Below, in pieces: positions 47,391 through 61,112 of a stretch of DNA of 64,000 bases. Under the pieces are notes generated by a model. It was not told where the DNA came from. It saw only the letters and a list, made by a program, of their open reading frames with translations, and searched no databases. Within the stretch, counting starts at the first letter, position 1, and each line of letters starts with the position of its first letter. The DNA lies in the NCBI RefSeq assembly GCF_963921235.1, contig NC_086097.1, positions 255,194,001 to 255,258,000 of the forward strand, written 5' to 3'. The stretch comes from Mobula hypostoma (lineage: Eukaryota). Made by a program: the position numbers and the translations under genes.

Positions 47391-49224
47391 AATCTAGCAG
47401 AAAGAAAAAAAATAATAAATAAAAGATAAAAGTGCAAAAACAAAAATACTGTATATTCTTACTGTATATTTCTTGCCCATTCTCCTAATCTGACTGTTCT
47501 TCTGCATTCTACCTGTTTTGTCAACACTACCTGTCCCTCCACCAATCTTTGTATCATCTGCAAACTTGGCAACAAAGCCATCTATTCCATTATCTAAATC
47601 ATTTATATACAGCATAAAAAGAAGTGGTCCCATTACTGACCCCTGCGGAAAACCACTAGTTACTGGCAGCTAACTGTAAAAGGATCCCCTTATTCCCACT
47701 CACTGCCTCCAAACGATCAGCCAATGCTTTAACCTTGTTAATAACTTCCCAGTAATACCATGGGCTCTTAACTTGGTAAGCAGCCTCATGTGTTCCACAT
47801 TGTCAAGGACCTTCTGAAAGTCCAAATATGCAACATCCACTGCATCTCCTTTATCTATCCTACTTGTAATCTCTTCAAAGAATTCCAACAGGTTCGTCAG
47901 GCAGGATTTTCCCTGAAGGAAACCATGCTGACTTTGTCCTATCTTGTCCTGTGTCGCCAAGTACTCCATCACCTCATCCTGAACAATTGGCACATCCTCC
48001 CAACCACTGAGGTCAGGCCACTGGTCTATAATTTCCTTTCTGCTGTCTTCCTCCTTTCTTCAGGACTTTTCAATTTTCCAGTCCTCTGGCACCATGCCAG
48101 AGTCCTATGATTTTTGAAAGATCATTTCTAATGCCACTACTATCTCAAATGTTACCTCCTTCAGAACCCTAGGGTGTAGTTCATCTAGTCCGGGTGACTT
48201 ATGTACCTTTAGATCTTTCTGTTTTTTGAGCACCTTCTCTCTTGTAACAGTAACTGCACTTACTTCTCTTCCTTCACACACTACAATATCGGGCATACTG
48301 CTAGTGTCTTTCATAGTGAAGTCTGATGCAAAATACTCATTTATTTCATCTGCCATCTCATTGTCCCCTGTTTTTATTATTTCTCCTGCCTCATTTTCTA
48401 GCAGTCCTGTATCCACTCTGATTTCGCTTTTATTTTTGACATACTTGAAAAAATTTTACTATCCACTTTGATATTATTTGCTAACTTTTCATCTTTTCCC
48501 TTCTAATGATTCTTTTAGTTGCTCGCTGTAGGTTTTTAAGTTTCCCAATCCTCTGTCTTCCCATTAATTTTTGCTTTATTGTATGCCCTTCTTTTGCCTT
48601 TACAATAGCTTTGATTCCCTTGTCAGCCGCGGTTGTACTATTTTACCATTTAAGTATTGCTTCATTTTTGGAATACACATGTCCTGCACCTTCCTCATTT
48701 TTCCCAGAAACTCATGCCATTGCTGCTCTGCTGACATCCCTGCCAGCAACTCCTTCCAATTTACTTTGGCCAACTCCTTTCTCATACCATTGTAATTTCC
48801 CTTACTCCACTGAAATACTGCTATGTAACTTTACTTTCTCCCTATCAAATTTCCAGTTGAACTCAATCATATTTTGATCACTGGTTCCTAAGGGTTCTTT
48901 TACCTTAAACTCCCTAATCAACTCCGGTTCATTACATAACACCCAATCCAGTATAACTGATCCCCTAGTAGACTCAACAACGAACTGCTCTAAAAAATAA
49001 TCTCTTTGGCATTCAACAAACTCACTCTCTTAAGATGCATTACCAACCTGATTTTCCCAATCGACCTGCATGTTAAAATTTCCCATAACTAGCATAATAT
49101 TACTCTTTGACTCGCCTTTTCTATTTCCTGTTGTAAGCTGCAGTTCACCTCCCAAACACTGTTGGGAGGCCTGTATATAACTGCCATCAAAATCCTTTAA
49201 CCCTTGCAGCTTCTAAACTAATCT

Positions 49225-51362
49225 CATGAGAGATTTCATCATGCAGGTTGATTTGGTAAATCAGGTTGGAAATGGATGTCAAAAGAGTGAGTTTGTTGAA
49301 TGCCGACGAGATGGCTTTTTAGAGCAGTTTGTCGTTGAGCCTACAAAGGGATCAGCGATAAAGCATTGTGTGTTATGTAATGAACTGGATGTGATTAGGA
49401 AGCTGAATGGCAAAGAACCCTTAGAAAGTAGTGATCACAATATGACTGAGTTCAACTTGAAATTTGATAGGGAGAAAGAGATGTCTAACATAGCAGTATT
49501 TCAGTGGAGTAAAGGAAATTACAGTGGTATTAGAGAGGAGTTGGCCAAGGTAAATTGGAAGGAGATGCTGGCAGGGATGACAGCAGAGCAACAATGGCTT
49601 GAGTTTCTGGGAAGGCGCAGGATAGATGTATTACAAAAACGAAGAAATATTCTACTCAAATGGCAAAATAGTACAAACGTGCCTGACAAGGGAAGCCAAA
49701 GGTAATGTAAAAGCAAAAGAGGGCATAGAATAATGCAAAAATTAGTGGGAAGACAAAAGGACTGGGAAACTTTTAAAATCCTACAGAGAGCAACTAAAAG
49801 AATCATTAGAATGGAAAAAATGAAATATGAAAGCAAGCTAGCAAATAATAACAAAGTGAATAGTAAAAGTTTTTTTCAAGTATGTTTTTTTAAAAAAAAG
49901 AGATGAGACTGGACATAGTATTGCTAGAAAATGATACCAGAGAAATAATAACTTCATTCTGTGGTTCTGAAAGAGGTAGCTGTAGAGAATATGGAGGCAC
50001 TAGTAATGATCTTTCAAAAAAAAAATCATTGGATTTTGGCATGGTGCCAAAGGACTGGAAAATTGCAAATGTCCTCAATGGAAGGGAAGAAATTGGAGTC
50101 AATTGTTAAGGACGAGGTTATGGGGTACTTGGAGACACAGGACAAAATAGGACAAAGTCATCATGGGTTCCTTCAGGGAAAATCTTACCTTACGAACCTG
50201 TTGGAATTCTTTGAGGAGATAGCATGTGGGATAGGTAAAAGGATACAGTGGATGTTGTATATTTGGATTTTGACAAGGTGCCACACATGAGGCTGTCTAC
50301 TAACTTAAGAGCACTTGGAATTACAGGAAAGTTACTGGCATGGTTAGAGCCTTGGCTGATTGGTAGGAGGCAGTGAGTGGGAATTAAAGGATCCTTTTTT
50401 AGTTGGTTGCCAGTGACTAATGGTTTACTGCAAGGGTCAGTGTCGGGACCTCTTCTTTTTAAGTTGTATATCAATGATTTAGATGGTGGAATGGATGGTA
50501 TTATTGCCCAGTTTGCAGATGATACGAAGATTGGTGGAGGGACAGGTAGTGTTGAGGAAACAGGTGGGATGCAGAAGGACAGACAGGTTAGGAGAATGGG
50601 CAGGAAACTGGCAAATGAATGCATATTCATGCATTTTGTTAACAGAATTAAATGAACAGACAATTTTATAAACAGGGAGAAAATCCAAAAATCTGAGCTG
50701 CAAAGGAGCTTGGGAGTCCTTGTGCAGAATACCCTGAAGGTTAACTTGCAAGTAGAGCTGGTGGTGAGGAAGGCAAATCCAATGTTTGCATTCATTTCAA
50801 GAGGTCTAGAATACAGGAGCAGGGATGCAATGCTGAGGTTTTATAAGGCACTGGGGAGGCATCCCCTTGAGTACTGTAAACAGTTTTGGGATCCTCTAAG
50901 AAAACATGTGCTGATATTGGAGAGCATTCAGAGAAGGTTCACAAGGATGATTCCTGCAATGATGGGTTATCATATGAGGAACGTTTAATAGCTCTGCATC
51001 TGTACTCACTGGAATGTAGAAGGATAAGGGGGGGATCTCATTGAAACCTATTGAATGTTGAAAGAGTGTTTCCCATAGTGGATAAGAGGGCACAGCCCCA
51101 GGATAGAGATGTGTTCATTTCACACAGATGTGGGGAAATTTCTATAGCCAGAGAGTGGTGAATTTGTGGAATTTGTTACCACAGGCAGCTGTGGAGGCCA
51201 GGCCACTGGGTGTATTTAAGGCTGAGCTTGATATGTTCTTGACTGGACATGGCATCAAAGGTTACGGGAAGAAGGGTGGGATGTGGGACTGAGGAGGGGA
51301 GAAAAGGATCAGCCATGATTGAATGGCAGAGCAGACTCACTGGGTCAAATTCTGCTTATGGT
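49225..51362 (+). mobile_element. Old CR1 ORF2, head-to-head with a related minus-strand copy
   Basis: EPLESSDHN, QSHHGFLQGKS and [12 protein letters not shown]; 3' end at ~51310-51360. Confidence 0.85.
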
Positions 51363-51364
51363 CT

Positions 51365-52740
51365 GATAATAGAGCAAAAACTAGTGGGATGTTAGAGGAT
51401 TGGGAAACTTAAGCCAACAGAAGACAACTAAAAAGTCATAAAGCAGCTGAAGATGGAATACAAAAGTAAGTTACCCAGCAATATTGAAGAGGATACCAAA
51501 AGTTTCTTCAGATACCTAAGGTGTAAAAGGGCAGTGAAAGTGGATATCAGACCATTGGAAAACGATGCTGGACAGGTAGTAATGGGAGACAAGGAAATGG
51601 AGGAAGAATTGAATAGGCACTTTGCATCAGTTTTCGCTGTGGAAGACACTAGCAGTATGGTGGAAGTTCTAGGTGTCAGGGTTCATGAAGTGCGTGAAGT
51701 TATCATTACTAGAGATGGTATACACCCCAGAGAGGTGGCTGAAGAGATTGTGGAGATTGAAAGAGGTAGCAGTAGGGATTCTGGAGACATTAATAATGAT
51801 CATTCAACAATTACTAGATTCTGGAATTGTTCCAGAAGACTGGAAAATTGCAAAGGTTACTCCACTCTTTGTGAAAAAGGAAACACTGATGGTAGTTTGC
51901 CTCCCAGGTGCCAGGGTCCGCAATGTTTCTGAATGTGTCCACAATATCCGAAAAAGGGAGGGTGAGCAGTCGGAGGTTATGGTACATATTGGTACCAACA
52001 ACATAGGTAGAAAAAGGGAGGAAGTCCTGAAAGCAAAATACAAGGAACCAGGAAGGAAGCTGAGAAGCAGGACCCCAAGAGTAGTAATTTAACTCTTTGC
52101 TCTCTTTGAGTAGTAATCTTGGGATTACTGCCTGTGCTATGCAATAATGAGGATAGGAATAGAATGAAGTGGCAGATCAATGTGTGGATGAGGAACTGGA
52201 GCTGGGGGAAGGGATTCTGATTTCTGGATCATGGGGACTTCTTCTGGAGCAGGTGGGACCTGTACAAAAGGAATGGGTTACACCTGAATCCAAGCGGGAC
52301 CAATATTCTTGCAGGCAGGTATACTGGAACTGTTAGGAGTGGTTTAAGCTAATATGGCAGGGGGATGGGAACCAGTATGATAGAGCTGAGGATGACCCAG
52401 CAGGTTTACAAGTAGATGTTTGGTGCAACATGAATGTAAGGAAGGACAAGCCAATGATTGGGTACGAATGCAGACAGAACAAATAGTTAAATTGTACCAC
52501 AGAAGCAAAATTTAAAAGGGTAAAGAATGCAGGTGCAGTATTTAAATGTGCATACATTTGGAATAAGATGGATAAACCCGTGGCGCAATCAGACAGTATG
52601 ATGTTGTGGGCATCACTGAGTCATGGCTGAAAGAAGGCCATAGTTGGGAGCTTAATATCAAAGGATATACTTTGTATCAAAAAGACAGGTAGGAAGGTAT
52701 AGATGGTGGTGTGGCTCTGTTGGTAAGAGATGGAATTACA
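51365..52740 (+). mobile_element. CR1 mosaic (ORF2 linker joined to an ORF1/ORF2-start fragment)
   Basis: IVPEDWKIAKVTPLF is joined at ~51870 to VCLPGARV...HIGTN, followed by GITESW. Confidence 0.8.
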
Positions 52741-52889
52741 TATTTCTGTCGAAGTATGAAGTGGTATTTTAGGACATCTTCAGCTTGACCCTGCTCAGGA
52801 AAAGGCTATCTAAAATCAGGCACTGTGTAATAACCCAGATCTTATTACTGAGCTGAGCGTAATGTGATTGAATTCGGCTATACTTCATA

Positions 52890-53425
52890 GGGAGTTTGAA
52901 GAGATTTGTAATGTCAAAAACTTCAGTGGTTGGAACTTGGAGAGCATTCTGACAGGCTGCATCACTGTCTGGTATGGAGGTGCTACTGCACAGGACCGAA
53001 AGAAGCTACAGAGGGTTGTAAATCTAAAGTCAGCTCCATCTTGGGTACTAGCCTACAAAGTACCTAGGACATCTTTAGGGAGCAGTGTCTCAGAAGGACA
53101 GCGTCCATTATTAACGACCTCCAGCACCCAGGGCATGATCTTTTCTCAGACAGGAGGTACAGAAGCCTGAAGGCACACACTCAGTGATTCAGGAACAGCT
53201 TCTTCCCCTCTGCCATCCGATTCCTAAATAGACATTGAAGCTTTGGACACTACCTCACTTTTTTAATATACAGTATTTCTGTTTTTTGCATTATTTTTAG
53301 TCTATTCAATGTTCTGTATTTGATTTACTTATTTATTATTATTTCTTTGTTTTGTGTTTTATTGCTTCTATATTATGTATTGCACTGAACTACTGCTGCT
53401 GCTAAGTTAACAAATTTCCCACAGA
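52890..53425 (+). mobile_element. Rex1/Babar-type LINE 3' fragment; tail continues at 56531-56560
   Basis: LESILTGCITVWYGG...DRKKLQRVV and NSFFP; tail ...catgccggtggtaataaatctgattct. Confidence 0.8.
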
Positions 53426-53427
53426 GT

Positions 53428-56400
53428 CACATCTGCCAGAAGTGCATACGGTTGGGCGACCTGGAAGACCGTGTAAGGAATCTGGAGCAGCAGCTGGATG
53501 ACCTTCGACTCATAAGGGAGAATGAGGCAGTCATAGATGAGAGCTACAGGGAGGTAGTCACACCTAGGCTGTCGGAAGCAGGTCGTTGGGTGACAGTCAG
53601 AGGGGGGAAAGCGAAGGTGAGCAGACAGGTAGTGCAGAGCACCCCTGTAGCCATTCCCCTGAATAATAAGTTTACCGTCCTGGATACTGTTGGCGGGAAC
53701 GACCGACCAGGTGTGAGCCATGGTGGCAGGGCCTTCGGCACAGAGTCTGACCCTGTGGTGAAGAAGGGTGGGACGGAGAAGAGGAGAGCTGTCGTCATTG
53801 GGGACTCTATAGTCAGGGGAGCAGACAGGAGATTTTGTGGGCGTGAGAAGGACACCCGCATGGTTTGTTGCCTCCCGGGTGCCAGGGTCCGGGATATCTC
53901 TGACCGGGTGCATGACATCCTGGTATGAGAGGGAAAGCAACCAGAAGTCGTGATACATGTTGGGACCAACGACATAGGCAGGAAGAGGGATGAGGTCCTG
54001 AAGTGTGAGTTTTGGGAATTAGGCAGAAGGCTGAAGAATAGGACCTCAAGGGTGACATTCTCACGATTGTTGCCAGTGCTATGTGACAGTGATGGTAAGA
54101 ACTGGAGGAGATGGCAGTTGAATGTGTGGCTGAGGAGTTGGTGCAGGGAGCAGGGTTTTAGATTTTTGGATCATTGGGATCTCTTCTGGGGAAGGTGGGA
54201 CCTGTACAGATCGGATGGGTTGCACCTGAACTCGAGGGGGAGCAATATCCTTGCAGGTAGGTTTGCTAGCATGGTTCAGGAGGGTTTAAACTAATTTGAA
54301 AGGGGGATGGGACCCGGAGTGATAGAGCAGTGAAAGAAGTGCATGGAGTAAAGCCAGATCTAACATATAAAGAGGCTTTGAGGAAAGAGAAGCAGAATAA
54401 ACGGTGTAAAGACAGTAAGGTAGAAGGGCTAAAGTGTGTGTACCTCAATGCAAGAAGCATCAGGAACAAAGGTGATGAACTGAGAGCTTGGATACATACA
54501 TGGAATTATGATGTAGTGGCCATTACAGAGACTTGGCTGGCACCAGGGCAGGAATGGATTCTCAACATTCCTAGATTTCAGTGCTTTAAAAGGGATAGAG
54601 AGGGGTGAAAAGGGGAGGAGGGGTGGCATTACTGGTCAGAGATACTATTACAGCTACAGAAAGGGTGGGTAATGTAGCAGAGTCCTCTTTTGAGTCAGTA
54701 TGGGTGGAAGTCAGGAACAGGAAGGGAGCAGTTACTCTACTGGGGGTATTCTATAGGCCCCCTGGTAGCAGCAGAGATACAGAGGAGCAGGTTGGGAGGC
54801 AGGTTTTGGAAATGTGCAAAAATAACAGGGTTGTTATCATGGGTGACTTTAACTTCCCTAACATTGATTGACACCTGATTAGTTCCAAGGGTTTGGACAG
54901 GGCAGAGTTTAGGTGTGTCCAGGACAGATTCCTGCTATAGTATGTTGACAGGCCGACTAGGGGGAATGCCATACTTGATCTAGTGTTAGGTAACAAACCG
55001 GGTCAGTTCACAGATTTCTCAGTGGGTGAGCATCTGGGGAACGCAGACCAATGCTCCCTGGCCTTTACCATCATCATGGAAAAGGATAGAATCAGAGAGG
55101 ACAGGAAAATTTTTAATTGGGGAAGGGCAAATTATGAGGCTATAAGGCTAGAATTTGCAAGCGTGAATTGGGATGATGTTTTTGCAGGGAAATGTACTAA
55201 GGACATGTGGTCGATGTTTAGGGATCTCTTGCAGGATGTTAGGGATAAATTTATTCTGGTGAGGAAGATAAAGAATGGTAGGGTGAAGGAACCATGGGTG
55301 ACAAGTGAGGTGGAAAATCTAGTCAGGTGAAAGAAGGCAGCATACATGAGGTTTAGGAAGCAGGGATCAGATGGGTCTATTGAGGAATACAGGGTAGCAA
55401 GAAAAGAGCTTAAGAAGGGGCTGAGAAGAGCAAGAAGGGGGCATGAGAAGGCCTTGGCGAGTAGGGTAAAGGAAAACCCCAAGGCATTCTTCAATTATGT
55501 GAAGAACAAAAGGATGACAGGAGTGAAGGTAGGACCGATTAGGGATAAAGGTGGGAAGATGTGCCTGGAGGCTGTGGAAGTAAGCGAGGTCCTCAATGAA
55601 TACTTCTCTTCGGTATTCACCAATGAGAGGGAACTTGATGACGGTGAGGACAATGAGTGAGGTTGACGTTCTGGAGCATGTTGTTATTAAGGGAGAAGAG
55701 GTGTTGGAGTTGTTAAAATACGTTGAGATGGATAAGTCTGGGGGGCCTGATAGAATATTCCCCAGGCTGCTCCACGAGGCGAGGGAAAAGATTGCTGAGC
55801 CTCTGGCTAGGATCTTTATGTCCTCATTGTCTATGGGAATGGTACCGGAGGATTGGAGGGAGGCGAATGTTGTCCCCTTGTTAAAAAAGGTAGTAGGGAT
55901 AGTCCAGGTAATTAGAAAGCTTATGGGGTGTTAGCTTTCATAAGTCGAGGGATAGAGTTTAAGAGTTGCGAGGTAATGATGCAGCTCTGTAAAACTCTGG
56001 TTAGGCCACACTTGGAGTACTGTGTCTAGTTCTGGTCGCCTCACTATAGGAAGGATGTGGAAGCATTGCAAAGGGTGCAGAGGAGATTTACCAGGATGCT
56101 GCCTGGTTTAGAGAGTATGCATTATGATCAGAGATTAAGGGAGGTAGGGCTTTACTCTTTGGAGAGGAGGAGGATGAGAGGAGACATGATAGAGGTAGAT
56201 ATTAAGAGGAATAGATAGAGTGGACAGCCAGCGTCTCTTCCCCAGGACACCACTGCTCAATACAAGAGGACATGGCTTTAAGGTAAGGGGTGGGAAGTTC
56301 AAGGGGGATATTAGAGGAAGGTTTTTTACTCAGAGAGTGGTTGGTGCGTGGAATGCACTGCCTGAGTCAGTGGTGGAGGCAGATACACTAGTGAAGTTTA

Positions 56401-56530
56401 AGAGACTACTGGACAGATATATGGAGGAATTTAAGGTGGGGGCTTCTATGGGAGGCAGGGTTTGAGGGTCGGCACAACATTGTGGGCCGAAGGGCCTGTA
56501 CCGTGCTGTACTATTCTATGTTCTATGTTC
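53428..56530 (+). mobile_element. CR1 (family B) with ORF1 and endonuclease; RT core deleted
   Basis: ORF1 has VIGDSIVR, HVGTND and DGLHLN; ORF2 has YLNARSI and AITETW. The junction ggtaatt|agaaagctt at ~55912 removes ~0.74 kb relative to 18118-18862. Confidence 0.92.
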
Positions 56531-56579
56531 TGCATGCCGGTGGTAATAAATCTGATTCTCAGTATGATTCATACTGCAA

Positions 56580-57500
56580 TTTAAGAGGGAGAAGCATTAG
56601 CTGCATGTATCAGTATTGCAGTGGAATAAAGGGAATTACAGAGGCATGAGAGAGGAGCTTGCCCAGGTGGTTTGAAGGAGGATACTGGCAGGAATAATGG
56701 CACGACAGAGGTGGCTGAAGTTTCTGGGAATAGTTCACAAGATGCGGTGTAGATACATTGCACTGAAGAAAAAATTCTCAGATGGCAGGGGTAGGGAACC
56801 ATGCCTGTCAAGGGAAATTATGGACTGCATAAAAGCCAAGGAAAGGGCATATAAGGTAGCCAAATTGAGTGGGAAGTTGTATGATTGGGAAGCACTTAAA
56901 ATCCAACAAAAGGCAACTAAAAAAAGCTGTAAGAAGGAAAGAAAAAAGATGCAATCTGAGGGCAAACTAACCAATAAGATAAACGAGGATACTAAGAGGT
57001 TTTTCAGTTTTATAAGGAGTAATAGGGAGGTGAGAGTTGATATTGAGCCACTGAAAAATGATGTTGGTGAGGTAATAATGGAGAACAAAGAAATGGCAGA
57101 TGAACCTAATGTGTACTTTGCATCAGTCTTAAATGTGGAAGACACTAGCAGTGTGCCAGAGGTCTGTGAGTGTCAGGAAGCAGGAGTGAGTTCCATTGCT
57201 TTTACAAAGGAAAAAGTGCTGGGCAAACTCAAAGTTCTTAAGGTGGACAAGTCACCTGACCAGATGAACTACATTCCAGAGTTCTGAGAGAGGTTGCTGA
57301 AGAGATAATAGATGCATTGGTCATGATCTTTCAAGAATTAGTTGATTCTGGCATGGTCCCAGAGAAGGAAGATTGCAAATGTCATTCCACTCTTTAAGAA
57401 GGGAGGAAGGCAAAAGAGAGGAAATTATAGGCCAGTTAGCCAAATGTCAGTGGTTGGGAAAGTGCTGGAGTCTATTATTAAGGATGGGTTTTGGGATACT
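56580..57500 (+). mobile_element. Old CR1 ORF2 linker/RT start, probably continuing at 60585-61110 and 62580-63320
   Basis: YFASV, KLKVLKVDKSP and NYRPVS. The later pieces carry SVLGPLLF...KFAND and the C-terminus/tail. Confidence 0.75.
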
Positions 57501-57502
57501 TA

Positions 57503-59712
57503 GAAACGTAGAAAACATACAGCACAATACAGGCCCTTCAGCCAACAATACTGTGCTGAACATGTACTTCCTCAGAAATTACCTCAGGTTACCCAAAGCC
57601 CTCTATTTTTCTAAGGTACATGTATCTATTCAGGAGTCTCTTAAAAGACCCTATCATATCTGCCTCCACCACATAGCCGACAGCCTATTCCATGCACTCA
57701 CCACTCTCTGTATTTAAAAAAAAACATACCCCTGACATCTCTTCTGTACATACTTTCAAGCACCTTAAAACTGTGCCCTCTCGTGTTAGCTATTTTAGCC
57801 CTGGGAAAAAGCCTCTGACTATCCTCATGATCAATGCCTCTCATCATCTTATACACCTCTATCAGGTCACCTCTCATCCTCTGCCACTTCAAGGAGAAAA
57901 GGCCGAGTTCCCTCAACCTATTCTTATAAGGCATGCTCCCCAATCCAGGCAAAATCCTTGTCAATCTCCTCTGCACCCTTTCTATAATTTCCACATCCTT
58001 CCTGTAGTGAGGTGACTTGAAATGAACACCTCCAAGTGGGGTCTGACCAGAGTCTTGTAACATTACCTCTCGGCTCTTGAACTCAATCCCACAATTGATG
58101 AAGGCTAATGCACCATATGCCTCCTTAACCACAGAGTCAACCTGTGCAGCAGCTTTGAGTGTCCTATGGACTCGGACCCCAAGATCCCTCTGATCCTCCA
58201 CATTGCCTAGAGTCATGCCATTAATACTATACCCTTCCATCATATTTGACCTACCAAAATGAACTATCTCACACTCATCTGGGTTGAACTCCATCTGCCA
58301 CTTCTCAGCCCAGTTTTGCATCCTATCGATGTCCCGCTGTAACTTCTGACAGCCCTCCACACTATCCACGGCACACCCAACCTTTGTGTCATCGGCAAAT
58401 TTACTAATCCATCCCTCCACTTCCTCATCAAGGTCATTTATAAATATCACAAAGAGAAGGGGCCCCAGAACAGATCCCTGATGCACACCACTGGTCACCG
58501 GCCTCCATGCAGAATATGACCCATCTACAACCAGTCTTTGCCTTCTGTGGGCAAGCCAATTCTGGATCCACAAAGCAATATCCCCTTGGATCCCATGCCT
58601 CCTTACTTTCTCAATAAGCCTTGCACGGGGTACCTTATCAAATGCCTTGCTGAAATCCATATACACTACATCTATGGCTCTACCTTCATCAATGTGTTTA
58701 GTCACATCCTCAGAAAATTCAATCGGGCTCGTAAGGCATGACCTGCCCTTGACAAAGCCATGCTGACTTTTTCCTTATCATATTATGCCTCTCCAAATAT
58801 TAATAAATCCTGCCTCTTGGGATCTTTTCCATCAACTTACCAATCACTGAAGTAAGACTCACTGGTCTATAATTTCCTGGGCTATCTCTACTCCCTTTCT
58901 TGAATAAGGGAACAACATCTGCAATCCTCCAATCCTTCAGAACCTCTCCTGTCCCCATTGATGATGCAAAGATCATCGCCAGAGGCTCAGCAATCTCCTC
59001 CCTTGCCTCCCACAGTATCCTGGGGTACATCTCGTCTGGTCACAGTGACTTATCCAACTTGATGCTTTGCACATCCTCTTTCTTAATATCTAAATGCTCA
59101 AGCTTTTCCATCCACTGTGATTCATCCCTACAATCGCCAAGATCCTTTTCCATAGTGAATACTGAAGCAAAGTATTCATTATCTCTGCTGTCTCCTCCGG
59201 TTCCATTCACACTTTTCCACTGTCACATTTGATTGGTCCTATTCTCTCACGTCTTATCCTCTTGCTCTTCACATACTTGTAGAATGCCTTGGGGTTTTTC
59301 TTTAATCCTGCTCATTAAGCCTTTCTCATGGCCTCTTCCTGCTCTCTTAATTTCATTCTTAAGCTCCTTCCTGCTAGCCTTATAATCTTCTAGATCTCTA
59401 TCATTACCTAGTTTTTTGAACCTTTTTCTTTTCTTCTTGACTAGATTTTCAACAGCCTTTGTACACCACAGTTCCTGTACCCTACCATCCTTTCCCTGTC
59501 TCATTGGAATGTACCTATTCAGAACACCACATAAATATCCCCTGAACATTCATCACATTTCTGTCGTACATTTCGCTGAGAACATCTGTTCCCAATTTAT
59601 ACTTCCGTGTTGCTGCTTGATAGCTTCATATGTCTCCTTACTCCAATTAAATGCTTTCCTAACTTGTCTGTTCATATCCCTTTCCAATGCTATGGTAAAG
59701 GAGATAGAATTA
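57503..59712 (-). mobile_element. CR1 (family D) ORF2
   Basis: 335-aa ORF 57698-58705 with FADD; tail at ~57503. Confidence 0.93.
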
Positions 59713-59764
59713 TTACTGGAGATAAAGTTGTGATCTAATAGCTGGAGACTAATGATGAAATAAT

Positions 59765-60580
59765 TGAATTGAATTAAGTTTACTTTACTTCTTACATCCT
59801 TCACATACGCGAGGAGTAAAAATCTTTACGTTACGTCTCTGCCTGAATGTGCAATGAACAATTTATAGTAATTTGTAATAAATAGTATGTACAATGTGGG
59901 CACGTGGCCAAGTGGTTAAGGCATTGGACTAGCGACCTGAAGGTCATGAGTTTGAGCCCCAGCTGAGGGAACGTGTTGTGTCCTTGAGCAAGGCACTTAA
60001 TCACACATTGCTCTGCGACAACTCTGGTGCCAAGCTGTATGGGTCCTAATGCCATTCCCTTGGACAACATTCGTGTCGTGGAGAGGGGAGACTTGCAGCA
60101 TGGGCAACTGCCGGTCTTCCATACAACCTTACCCAGGCCTGCGCCCTGGAGAGTGAAGACTTTCCAGGCACAGATCCATGGTCTCGCAAGACTAACGGAT
60201 GCCTTTAGTATGTACAACAGGATAGACAATATAACATAGAAATACAATTGTATCAACATGAATTAATCAGTCTGATGCCCTGGTGGAAGAAGCTGTCCCG
60301 GAGCCTGTTGGTCCTGGCTTTTATGCTGCGGTACCGTTACCCAGATGGTAGCAACAGGAACAGTTTGTGGTTGGGGTGACTCAGGTCCCCAATGATCCTT
60401 TGAGCCATTTTTATGCACCTGTCTTTGTAAATGTCCTGAATAGTGGGAAGTTCACATCCAGAGATGCGCTGGGCTGTCTGCACCACTCTCTGCAGAACCC
60501 TATGATTGAGGGAAGTAGAGTTCCCATACCAGGCAGTGATACAGCCAGTCAGGGTGCTCTCAATTGTGCCCCTGTAGAAA
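59765..60580 (-). mobile_element. Rex1/Babar-type LINE 3' fragment split by a SINE
   Basis: FYRGTIESTLTGCITAWYGN...LPTIQDIY...HPNHKLF.LLPSG (ORF 60337-60678). Confidence 0.82.
59895..60205 (+). mobile_element. Full-length tRNA-derived SINE
   Basis: A box TGGCCAAGTGG, B-box variant AGTTTGAGCCC and CORE-like gtgtccttgagcaaggcacttaa. The 12-bp TSD tagtatgtacaa is at 59883-59894 and 60206-60217. Confidence 0.88.
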
Positions 60581-61112
60581 GTCAAAGTTAGCATCATTTC
60601 TGTAAAGGGAAATCTTGCCTGACAAATTCTTGGGGAAGTAACAAGCAGGGTGGACAAAGGAGAGGCAGTGGATGTCATTTACTTGGATTTTCAGAAGGCA
60701 CTTGATAAGGTGCCACACATGTATCTGCTTCACAAGATAAGATCCTATGGTGTTACAGGAAAGATATTGGTGAGGAGAGGGGAATGGCTGACAGGCAAGA
60801 GGCAGTGAGTGGGAATAAAAGGGGCCTTTTCTGGTTGGCTGCAGGTGACTAGTGGTGTTTCTTGGGGGGTCAGTATTGGGACCGTTACTTTTCACATTGT
60901 TTGTCAATGATTTAGATAATGGAATTGATGGCTCCGTGACAAAGTTTGCGAATGATACGGAGATAGGTAGAGGGGTAGGTAGTTCTGAGGAAGCAATGCA
61001 ATTCCAGCAGAACATAGACAAATTGAAAGAATGGGCAAAAAAGTGACAGATGGAATACAGTGTTGGGAAATGTACGATAATGCATATTCGTAAAAGGAAC
61101 AACAGTACAGTC

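Larger units (their letters stand above)
42283..49215 (-). mobile_element. Old CR1 (42283-43060 and 47465-49215) hosting a nested stack
   Basis: 3' end at ~42283; RT ([23 protein letters not shown]) and linker/endonuclease at 47465-49215. Confidence 0.82.

Noticed and set aside
14640..59712. Family-specific strand bias (intronic A/B copies plus, D copies minus)
   Set aside because: There are too few copies to distinguish this from chance.
59895..59970. Functional tRNA gene
   Set aside because: The B box is degenerate, there is no proper acceptor stem or T-run terminator, and it continues into a SINE body bounded by a TSD.
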